Positions 35,153 through 45,564 are shown, numbered from the stretch's first letter. The stretch: 64,000 nucleotides of DNA from Macrostomum hystrix (GCA_950097015.1 CATNEN010000001.1:19902001-19966000), one strand, 5' to 3'. The notes: generated from the letters alone by a model not told the origin. A program made the numbers and translations.

Positions 35153-35833
35153 ATGCCTACATCAACATCATCATCAGGGCCAACTCTAAACGATGCGGAA
35201 AAATCCAACTGTCACGACGATGACGTTGAGCTGAATGAAGAGCCAGGCTATGATGACTACGGGTATGATGAAACATACAATTCAACATACAGTTTTGTAT
35301 TCGGCCTGGCAGACGACCATTTGTTATACGCCGTAGCCGAAGAGGTCGAAGCGGCGATGGCAACCAATTGCTTTGACCCAGCTGATGACGAGCTTTAGTA
35401 TGCAGCAGCTGAAGAGGCGGAGGCGTCAGCAGCAGCGGCAGCGATGGCAGCCAGTAGCTGCTTATTTGACCCAGCTGACGACTGCCTATTGTATGCCGCA
35501 GCTGAAGAGGCAGAGGCGTCAGCAGCAGCGGCAGCGATGGCAGCCAGTAGCTGCTTATTTGACCCAGCTGACGACTGCCTATTGTATGCCGCGGCTGAAG
35601 AGGCAGAGGCGTCAGCAGCAGCGGCAGCGATGGCAGCCAGTAGCTGTTTATTTGATCCAGCTGACGACTGCCTATTGTATGCCGCAGCTGAAGAGGCAGA
35701 GGCGTCAGCAGCAGCGATGACAGCCAGTAGCTGTACATTTGACCCAGCTGACGACTGCCTATTGTATGCCGCAGCTGAAGAGGCGGAAGCGTCAGCAGCA
35801 GTAGCGATTGCAATTGAGGAGGCACAAGTTTGA
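35153..35833 (+). pseudogene. 226-codon acidic tandem-repeat protein (six DDxLLYAxAEExE motifs) with one in-frame TAG at 35396-35398
   Basis: ORFs 35153-35398 and 35444-35833 are in frame. The TAG sits where sister repeats have TTG (Leu). ~93-bp units. Confidence 0.75.
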
Positions 35834-36279
35834 AATGATATTATAAAAAATACATTCACTATGATTAATTACAGTGATATTATAAAGCTTCTGATTATCA
35901 ATACTATTTGATATCTACATATGTGTTGTGTTGTAAATGATTGAAAATACACTAATCTTTTCGCGAAAATACCATCACCAACAATCATCAGCACTATGTT
36001 AAGCATTATTGTTTGTATGTTAGTACTCAAAGCAATTTCGCAGTTTGTATTTGTTTTAGAACATGTTCTTTCGCAAAAATATGTTCATCATCGTATCGTT
36101 AGTATTTTTGCAAAAAAACTGTCATTATTTTTCATTCACAGGTATTCAATACAATATATAGATAATATATAGTCTTTTCGCGAAAAAAATGCACTCATGA
36201 CTCTTGGCAATTTGCAGAAATACTAAATATGTCTATGGTTAAAAAAGTACAATATACTTAGTCTAATAATATGCATGTA

Positions 36280-37262
36280 TTTTCGCGAAAATACCTTAAG
36301 ATATAGCCACGCACACAACTTCAAGAACTTTTGCAAAAATACCGCCAACTACCTTTGTTTAATAGCATAGCAGTATTTTCGCGAAAATACCATAAGATAT
36401 AGCCACGCATATAACCTACATTAATAACTTTTGCAAAAATACCGCCAACTACCTTTGTTTAATAGCATAGCAGTCTTTTCGCGAAAATACCTTAAGATAT
36501 AGCCACGCATATAACCTAATTTAATAACTTATGCAAAAATACCGCCAACTACCTTTGTTTAATAGCATAGCAGTATTTTCGCGAAAATACCTTAAGATAT
36601 AGCCACGCATATAACCTAATTTAATAACTTATGCAAAAATACCGCCAACTACCTTTGTTTAATAGCATAGCAGTATTTTCGCGAAAATACCTTAAGATGT
36701 AGCCATGCACACTACTTTAATAACTTTTGCAAAAATACCGCAAACTACCTTTACTACCTGCGTTTAATAGCATAGCAGTCTTTTCGCGAAAATACCATAA
36801 GATATAGCCACGCATATAACCTACATTAATAACTTTTGCAAAAATACCGCCAACTACCTTTGTTTAATAGCATAGCAGTATTTACATGAAAATACCTTAA
36901 GATATAACCACGCATATAACCTAATTTAATAACTTATGCAAAAATACCGCAAACTACCTTTACTACCTGCGTTTAATAGCATAGCAGTATTTTCGCGAAA
37001 ATACCTTAACATATAGCCACGCATATAACCTACTTTAATAACTTTTGCAAAAATACCGCCAACTACCTTTGTTTAATAGCATAGCAGTCTTTTCGCGAAA
37101 ATACCTTAAGATGTAGCCATGCACACTACTTTAATAACTTTTCCAGGTCACAGCCGCAAACTACCTTTACTACCTGCGTTTAATAGGATAGCAGTCTTTT
37201 CGCGAAAATACCTTAAGATGTAGCCATTCACACGACTTTAATAACTTTTGCAAAAATACCGC
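36280..37262. repeat. ~100-bp palindrome array 3 (about ten units)
   Basis: TTTTCGCGAAAA near 36280, 36376, 36476, 36576, 36676, 36781, 36990, 37090 and 37197. Confidence 0.95.
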
Positions 37263-37645
37263 TATTTACTTTCGGATAAAAGTCGTTATTTTATTTTCGC
37301 GATAACACCTGTAAATGAATTTTATTAATTAATACTTTGACACTTTGCATATACCTTCGTTTGAATGCGTAATACTATATATAGTAATAAGAAATATGAT
37401 TTTTTTGCAACAGAAGTAGCAATTACCTACTTCACAACAATAAAAGCTCAAAACTGAGCATATAAATTGATTTTATTTGTATGACTAATTATAAAATTGC
37501 ATACAAAAACAGTATGAAACAGTAAAAAATATAAAAAAAACAGCTGAAAGACTGACTGAAGGACCGAGTAAAAATATAGTCGATAAAATAGCAGCATGCA
37601 GGCAGTTTGGTGTAAAAAAACCTGCTAACAGCACCGTCTTGTCGC

Positions 37646-40361
37646 TCATACTCGCCGGTCCGGGTGATCGCCAAACACATTGCGTATTGGGTGGCATTGT
37701 CCATCGCATTGGTAGTCGGCACTGAGGGAATGACCAATGAAGATGGCAACTACCGGACGCTTGTGCCCATCAGGTGTCGGTTCTAATCGGCGCTGAAAGT
37801 CCATCGAATACGCACTGACCGGAGCATGCCCAGCAAGCACTAACAGTCGATTGAGCCAAGAGACGTGTCGAATAGCCTTGTATTTAGCATTGACTTCAAA
37901 AGTGTCTCCATTGACCAAACGAAGTAGTGTGCACATGACTTCAGATGTGTCATCAAACAGTTGCGGGCGTAGCTCGTCAATAAACATGGCAGTGTGTATA
38001 GTCTCGCAGAGCTTGTCAAACATAAACGTGTTAGACCGCTTCTGCACCTGGATATTCAGCACTTTCGTAGAACCGAGATGGCTTTGCACAGAGTGGGTCT
38101 TCCCAACGCCAGACGGGCCGTATAGATAGACGACACCAGTTGGCAATTGCAACGCGCTGCACACAGCCTTTACAGTTGGGCACACGTTGGTGGCGGCGGC
38201 GATCAACCGGGGAACATGAGCGACGGCGGCATCAAATACTTGAACAGCAGTAGCAGCGGAAGCAGCAACATCAGCAGCAGCAGCAGAGACCTGTTGTGTT
38301 GTTAGGTAGGTTCGCATACAATTAATTAATTAATTGTCCAAAAGTAATAATTATTTGAATTAAAACAACAGCAAAAATTCAATGATCAATACTCGTACGT
38401 GTGCTAAAAAATGTCATGTATTATAATATTTTGCATACCTCCAGCTGAGTAGGCAAGGTCGTCCTCGCATAGTCGGCTGTTGCAGCATCATCAGCAGCGG
38501 CGGCGGCGGCAGCGGCAGTAGGGCGACAGTTTTGGCAACCAGCTAGCACCTCTGTTGCTATTACGCGTTTCATCTGAGTCACCTTAAAGTAATCGCTGAG
38601 CTCTTGTCTGACACGAAAGTGTTCGAACATGAAGCCACTATCTAGCAAAGGCTCAGTAGATGACGTCTCATGAGCAGCAACCCAGCAAAAGGCCTTGGTC
38701 AGCAAGCTGCACTCTTGAGTAGAAACGCGGAAAAGAGCTGGAAACTCGTCCGTACTGGTAACTAGCTTAATTGCACTTGACGCACTGCGTACACCAGACA
38801 CTGTCATTCTACACATTGTAGGATGCAGGTAGGCCGAAGCTTCCGCAGATTCCATCAAAAGGGCATGCAGTCCGCAGTAAACAGTGTAACCATCTTCTGG
38901 TTGGCGCAGGTTCAGGAACATCAGCAAACCATTGGGATGATTCGGAGCTCCTAAACATTCACGGATTGACATGTTGTATTTCTGCTGACGACGCGCTCGG
39001 ATTTCTTCGCTGGTCAGCATGTCAACCTGAATACATGATGTTGCGCCGATGGCAAACTGTGCACATGGAGCTACCAATTCATCTTCTAGAAACGCCTTGA
39101 ATTTTTCCACATCGCTCGAGATGAATGCAATCTCTATAAGATGTAGCGTCCTTCTAGTCATAAGAACCGACCTGCCCTCTGCTGTTAAAGAGGCGTAGTC
39201 GGTAATTGGAGCTCGAGGACATAGCCGTAGAAGTGGTGATGTCGAACGACACAACGCATATTCATCGGCTATCGGAGCAAATGCCACGCCACCAACTTCT
39301 TGCTGCTGCCGTTCACGCCGTTGTATCTGCTGCCGCAGCGGCTGCCGCCACTGCTGCTGCTGCGGCTGTTGCTGCGGTTGTTGCTCTCGCTGTTGATGCT
39401 GCTGCTGCTGCTGCGATTGCTGCAGTCGTCCCGACTGTTGCGCTTTTGGTTGAGAAGCGTCGACATACGCTGGAGAGAATACAGCGCGAACTGGTTCATC
39501 AGCATCGGATGTTGTCCCATTCTCGATGACAGACATTGCCGGTGTAGAGCGAGGCGCATAATCTGGCGAAGTCGGACAGGCACCAAGTGCGGCACTATTT
39601 TTAGGAATAGTCGACTCGCCATTAACGCGCAATAATTCTGCCACCTCTGTTTTGTACTTATCATCGACTAGCTGCGATGACAAGGCTGAACTATTAGAGG
39701 CCGTCAAAACAGGGGCAGTATTAGACTCTACATTGTCTGTATTGTTCGTCCACTCGTCCACAATCTCCAGCTGTACGTCGTCTGCTAGCAAGTCGTCCGC
39801 TGAGTCATCTTCAGATGATAGCACTTTAGGCGTGGACTCTATGCGATCAGCATGGTCGCCGGCGCCACAAATTGGTTGGGCAACAATAACCAGAGGCTGT
39901 CGCATGGCTACTAGAGATCCAACGCCAGTGTCTTCAGCATCAGACGACGATGAATTGCTAGACGAAGCATCCAAATCGACAACTGTACGCGTCCGCTTGC
40001 GTAGAGTCGATCGGGCATATCGACGCTTCCGAATTGCACTCGATGGGACAGTCTGCTTCGGCTGCTGCTGCTTCGGCTGCTGCTGCTGCTGCTGCTGTTT
40101 CGACTGCTGCTGCTGCTGTATTACTGCAAGGCGGGGAACAGTGAAGGCAGCCGATGCCCGACCAGCCGTTCCTGCCATTGCTGTAAATGATGCCGATGAT
40201 GCTTGCACACTCGGTCTAGATGCTGCGCCAGTAGGACGATCGGTTGACTGCTGAGATCTAAAGTAATCCACGATCATAGTCTGGCGTAGACCATTAGCAT
40301 CCGGTGTAGCAATGCTGGCATCCACACGAGCCTTCTTTCCACGGCCACGAAATGCTGACAT
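37646..40361 (-). CDS. Rep-like protein, ~855 aa: PIP box, disordered N-terminus, degenerate HUH-like domain, SF3 helicase (exons 40361-38439 and 38290-37646)
   Basis: Phase-0 intron 38438-38291 (GTATGC...CTAAC...CAG) joins two ORFs in frame. Walker A YLYGPSGVGKT, Walker B MFIDEL, B' EVNAKYK, atypical motif C LVLAGH, Arg-finger-like FQRRL. Confidence 0.8.
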
Positions 40362-40830
40362 TTCAAAATTCAAGTCGAGGCGTAGGAATTAACTCGTAAT
40401 TACTCGGTCGGTCAGTCAGTCGGTCACAAAGTAGATGTTAAGCGCGCTCAGTCTTACATAGGTCACTTTTGCGACTGTACTCAACTGTAGTTCTAGGTTT
40501 GACTACAGACAAAACTTTTTTTTCGCGAAAATTCACTCGTGTGTATTGCAATCCCCAATTCGCAAATACTAATAGATAAAATTTCTATGGCTATTTCGCG
40601 AAAAAACCATTACAAGTATATAGACTAGCCATGTTAATTCAATTACTTTCGCAGTATACTTTACTACTTCAGGTGCAATCGGCCCTACTATAAGTAATAT
40701 TGCAGTAGTAAGTAAACATTAATAATAATGGGGATCCACACAAAAAGTGTGGATTCCAATATAAAAAAACAGATTCCTAGTAAAAATATTTTTTCATTTC
40801 TAGTATAATGTTGCCCATTTTTTTTTAAAT

Positions 40831-40913
40831 AAAAAAATGCGTTGGGTGAATGGGATTCGAACCCGAGCCACTTGTACTAGCGACAATGCATTAGACCTGC
40901 ATGCCAGTTCACT
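40831..40913 (-). ncRNA. tRNA-like Pol III cassette, right copy 1
   Basis: Minus strand reads tataaata...gtgaac-TGGCATGCAGGTCTAATGC...GGGTTCGAATCCC-attcac...T7. Confidence 0.55.
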
Positions 40914-41099
40914 AACAATTAAAGTGTGTGTTGTCTGGCTATTTATATTGCTTTTCTTTTCTTAACTGGCGTATTCGAGCAAAAGTACGTTAATAATAAT
41001 GGGGATCCACAAATAGTGGGGATTCGAATATAAAAAAATAGATTTCTAGTAAAGATTTATTTTCATTGATAGTAAAATGTTAGCTGTTTTTTTAATAAC

Positions 41100-41182
41100 A
41101 AAAAAGCGTAAGGCTGACCGGGATTCGAACCCGAGCCACTGGTATTAGAGAGAAATGCCTTAGACCTGCACGCCAGATCACT
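41100..41182 (-). ncRNA. tRNA-like Pol III cassette, right copy 2 (tandem duplicate, ~270-bp unit)
   Basis: Minus strand reads tataaata...gtgatc-TGGCGTGCAGGTCTAAGGC...GGGTTCGAATCCC-ggtca...T-run. Confidence 0.55.
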
Positions 41183-41649
41183 AACAATCAAATAGTGTGT
41201 TATCTGGCTATTTATATTTATTTTCTTTCGCATGTTCGAGTTTTAATGACGTTTGTCTGCAAATGGTGAAATCTTGACCACTAATACAATTTTTTTTCTA
41301 ACAGACTGATAATTTTTATTCAGCGAATATAGAGAGTAGTTCAGGAACGTTTTGCAAAAATACTACCCTTACCTTTGTTTTGGAAACATATCAGTATTTT
41401 TGATTATATAAATAAACTTTTCGCGAAAATACCAGCATTTGAGTCTATTCACAGCCAAGTCAGTTTTCGAATCGACATCCATCACATATATGTACGGATA
41501 TGTGATTCAGGCAGCCGATGCTGCTTGCCCACTCGGTCTATACGTATAAACTAGAGTTTACGGACTTAGAGAATTTTATCATGTCAGTGATAAAATTTTC
41601 GACCGTCCCCAGAGCTTAGTTGGTGTGGCTGGTGGAGTAAATGCAGGTA

Positions 41650-42045
41650 TTATATATATACTCTAAAGAAAGGTGCGCGAGCTGTTTTTTCGCAACTTGA
41701 CTTCGTCGTCGTCGTCGGCATATGGGGGCTAGTATATAGCCGGGCTGGCTAAACCCCGGGCGATTCGATTCTATTTTTAGCCTACGGCGCACCTTTCTTA
41801 AGAGTATATATATACAAGCTGACTCGTGTGTATTTAAATGGCAGCCTATTGAAGTCTATGGGGCACGCAAGCCAGTATATACTCTTAAGAAAGGTGCGCC
41901 TTAGGCTAAAAATAGAAACACCATGCATTTTCGGTCATCTATTATAGTAACTAGTCGTCATCAAGCCCGATCTAGATATAATCTCCGTCATATTGCCTCC
42001 AGCGAAAATATACAGCGCGCACCTTTCTTTAGAGTATATACTAAC
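41650..42045. repeat. Nested imperfect palindrome with four alternating copies of TATATACTCTWAAGAAAGGTGCGC
   Basis: Forward ~41655, reverse ~41788, forward ~41876, reverse ~42017. The inner ~43-bp arms (41769-41811 and 41875-41917) are near-perfect inverted repeats. Confidence 0.9.
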
Positions 42046-42089
42046 TGGCTCCCTCTATCCCGCCCCAATCTCACCACACTATTTAAGCC

Positions 42090-42225
42090 TTCGAATCCCA
42101 TTCACCCAACGCATTTTTTTATTTAAAAAAAATGGGCAACATTATACTAGAAATGAAAAAATATTTTTACTAGGAATCTGTTTTTTTATATTGGAATCCA
42201 CACTTTTTGTGTGGATCCCCATTAT
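42090..42225 (+). repeat. Near-identical inverted copy of ~40725-40861 (3' part of the tRNA-like cassette and its flank)
   Basis: ttcgaatcccattcacccaacgc...gtggatccccattat is the reverse complement of the 40.7-40.86 kb segment. Confidence 0.9.
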
Positions 42226-43278
42226 ATGCAAGAAACCTCGTAATAACCCCTTAATAACCGGCCGAGTAGAAGCAATAACTCACCTTTCTTCAACATGCTG
42301 CGGCTGGGCAGTGGCTTGGGCCTCCAGGATGGGCGTAATTGGCCGGCTAGTCATTAACATATTGACTGCGTAACGATTCAATGTAGGTCGACAGCGAATA
42401 AAAGCCAAAATGGCACTCAGAGCAATTAGTTGTGGAAGATAGCGGCTTGAGTTATTGGGGCATCAAGTGTTTGTTTTTATAGCACCTAAGTTTAGGGGTA
42501 AAGTGGCGGGAGCGCCAGCCAATAGGAAGACAGTTGGGAGTGTGGGAAATTCCAGTATAGGGGGACCCTAGTGACAGTTTAGTTGTTGGGGCCCTGACCT
42601 TTTCGGTGAGGAGACACCTCGGCCGGCAACAGCATCACAAGCGGCCTGAGCAGCGGTTTCCCCAGCTGCGACCAGCTGCAGCGCCGATTGGACCGCGCGC
42701 AACGGCTAGGCAACCGGCCCGGCGAGCATTTTCGGGCACGGCCAGCCGGAAACACCTGGAGCGCGCGGCAAATCAGAGGCTACCAATGCCCGGCAACGGT
42801 ATCGGTGAGGACGCGAACGGGCCAACCAACCTGGAACCACCTGGTGAGAGCACGGCCGGACCCCTCGGACTCAAGGAAGAACGGCCGGGGCCCCCAGGAT
42901 TGCGCAACCGCGACCAAGCCGGGCAGGGAAAGATGGACACAGCTGCGACCACCTGGAGAAGAAGGGGAGCCGGGACTGAGCACACCCCTGGGCATCGAGA
43001 ACAATTTCGCCGCGACTGGAATGCGCACCCACCCCCCATAGGACGCTATACCGTAATCACTAGGGGCGCCGACCATTCTATACTCTCGCACTAATCTATT
43101 TATAGTATCCGTACGTATGTACGCATTAGGATCTCTTCTCTAGCGGAATTCTTCTTAGGGTTCTGTACAGTATGTTGTAGTCAATTTTTATTTTTTTATC
43201 CCCTTGATTCTCGAGACACCCCGCTACTACTGTCAGTAGGCACGTAAGTGTCTTACGTGAAAGTGAGCGAAGGTGGAG

Positions 43279-45548
43279 TGATGTGGAGTGTGCTGCGGGA
43301 ATCGAGTGGGAGTGTGAGCCAGCATAATTTTTCAAATTTTTAAGTACCTAATAATTGCGACCCTCATAGCAGCTGGCCGCAAACACGATCATTAATCTTA
43401 GGGCCGGGTTTGGGGCGGCGGTGAATTAAGTAGCCGTCGAATCCCCTCTCCCTGGATCTGTCTAGACCCCTGTAGGAATGACTGATCGCGGCCGCAGCTT
43501 TATTGTATGAATAGTTTAGGTCATAATTCCCCTCCAAACCGCGATCAGATATTGGGAATCACTCGGGCATTATGAGTGATCATTAATTCTTCATGTCCCC
43601 ACTTCTTTACAGTATTCGAGCCCAGCTCGACTTTATGACCTCCCTCCTTTAGATACATGTAAATGTCACTGTAGGCAGGTCGGCGCCTGCGCTTCCCATT
43701 GTCCTGGTGGAGTAACAATCATTGGCCGACTGCCGACGGCTGTTCGAGCAGAACATCTGTCGTTTCCCGCCGTCGGTTCATTGGGTAATCGGGGCGGCCA
43801 TCGCCGCTTCGATTCCCCGTTGACAGGCTGGCGCGAATGTGGGTTGCTTTGATGGATGTCGGGGTTGGCGTGCTGCAGGACTATTTAAGAAAGCGCGCTG
43901 CGCTGCCTCTAGGACAACCTTTCCGGGAGACCTACCTTTCCTCTCCTTTTCCCGGACCTATTTCCTTGCCGGGCCGGACTCCCACCGGACCCAGAGCACT
44001 ATTCCGGACCCACGTAGGGCTTAGACCCTTGAGCCTTGAGCTCCGAGCAGATAGTACAGGCCAATTGCCTGTTTCCATTCCCTAAGCGCAAGCCACCTCT
44101 TTAGGTGAGCTCTAAATTGAGCCTCTGAGCTCCCAGTGTGTTGGCCCCTGCCAACTCGCAGAAGTTTCCTTTCTCTGCCTTACTGTATTGCCCATCCTTT
44201 CTCCCCGAGAACAACGGGACTGCAGCACGCGGCCAAACGAGATTCAGCTAAGTAATCCGCGCAGCGGTTTGTTATTGTTAATCCTAAGGGACAATTTTAC
44301 TTTTAGTTAGGCGGCACTTAGTGGGAGGGAAGTTAGGGAAGTTTCCAGCCTAATAAACCATCTAATCTAAAGCACCTTTAACTTATTGGGCTACTTTTAA
44401 AACCAACTTAACTCTTTTACTATGTCTCTCTTTCGCTTTTATTTTATCGTTAGACAGCCCTCTATCATGAGTGGCTAATCGCCTAGGGGGGCGGGTTCTG
44501 GTGATGCCGAGCCGAAGGCTGCGGCAGGAAGGCAACTGTAAGCGCGCATAAGAGTAATAAGGAGCTAGGGGTTCGCGAGCAAAATGCGGAGTGTAGGACG
44601 TGCATTTCTTCCTAGGAGGTCGGGGGAATCCTTGGCGGGCTTTCCTTCTTCCTCTCCGGCGGGTTCAAGGTGTACGTTCGAACTCCCTTTCCAATGGAGT
44701 TTTCCCCTACTCCCCTTTCGCGACTGCCGCCACGGGAGCGAGAGTGATGATCTAATAATCTTGCGCTTGCGTAACCACTCAGCCAGTGTTCTGTCTAATC
44801 TCTCCTGCCTCTGATTTCCTCATCTCACACAGATTCGGATTTGTCAGTTACCTAATGTGTAGGCTGCAGTCTAATGTAAGGAATGTGCCTGATGTTTCAT
44901 GAGTAGGATTCCGGCTATGGATTTTCATTCGAGTTCTGAGTACCACCTTTCTAGACCCCTGTAGCGCGAATTCAGGAATCCCCTTTTGAGGCGTGTCTCG
45001 ATCCATTCTGGGGCTCTCACCCCAGTCTAAAACGGAAGTTGCAGAATGCCCTATTTTTCGGCTTGTCTAGATCTGCGTGATAAACTAGGAGCTGTGTACT
45101 CTGGGGACCCAAGTTCCCAAATGTCTGCGGTGGCAACGTAGGCGCATTGGGTGGTGGCGCTACCTGAGATCATTTTCCGCTTTGCCAATAGCCTTTCCGC
45201 ATTTCTGTGACAAGAGCCTGGGCCGTTTCGACCACCGCTACCAAGGTTAGGAGTCAGTTACTTACATGCTACTGATGGCAGTAGACTAGTTAGCCCTGCC
45301 CTGTCCGATTCCGGGCAGTCCGACCCTCTTCTTAGACTTTTAGCCGGTTTCGAGCATTGCTTGGGGTAGGCACGGCTGTCACGCCTGTGGCCTATGGGAC
45401 GAGTGGGACTGGCCAGCCTGAGGCCGATAGGACCACTCCCTGCATCCGCTGAACCTCCCTTCATCTCATCTCTCTCTCCGCGAAATCTCGCGTGTAGCTA
45501 AGCGGTCATTAAGTCGACTCTGTCGCCCGCTCTAGGAATCTAATCTCA
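43279..45548. mobile_element. LTR family B, second diverged copy
   Basis: TGATGTGGAG...TCTCA, colinear with 18124-20431. Flanks ggag/tgag form a TSD with one mismatch. Confidence 0.8.
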
Positions 45549-45564
45549 TGAGAGCAGGTCAGCG

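Larger units (their letters stand above)
22500..42225. mobile_element. Candidate large integrative element encoding a tyrosine recombinase-like and a Rep/SF3-helicase-like protein (boundaries approximate)
   Basis: Gene-dense block, TTTTCGCGAAAA palindromes confined to ~22760-41430, inverted subterminal cassettes (23300-23500 vs 40985-41220), convergent YR-like and SF3 genes, internal paralogs. Confidence 0.7.

Noticed and set aside
36280-37262. Palindromic ~100-bp arrays as a CRISPR or spacer-acquisition array
   Set aside because: Inter-palindrome segments are variants of one sequence, not unique spacers.
23846-40254. Antisense and alternate-frame ORFs overlapping the element genes (e.g. 23846-24433, 35157-35825, 39652-40254)
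   Set aside because: Shadows of GC-rich or repetitive coding strands. The motifs and splice signals support the frames called.
22500-42225. Central block as a Polinton, Helitron or ordinary Crypton
   Set aside because: No recognisable pPolB, RVE integrase, packaging ATPase, protease or capsid. The helicase is SF3, not PIF1. Far more cargo and cis-structure than a Crypton.
42240-43278. GC-rich ORFs at 42606-43094 and a possible minus-strand first exon near 42283-42354
   Set aside because: No recognisable domain. Trial splicing to the left flank (~21590) gave early stops, so it cannot define the insertion site.
18124-45548. One giant LTR retrotransposon enclosing the central element
   Set aside because: The left copy has its own exact TSD on both sides, the two copies are visibly diverged with different 3' ends, and no gag/RT lies between. 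A purine-rich tract before the right copy leaves slight doubt.
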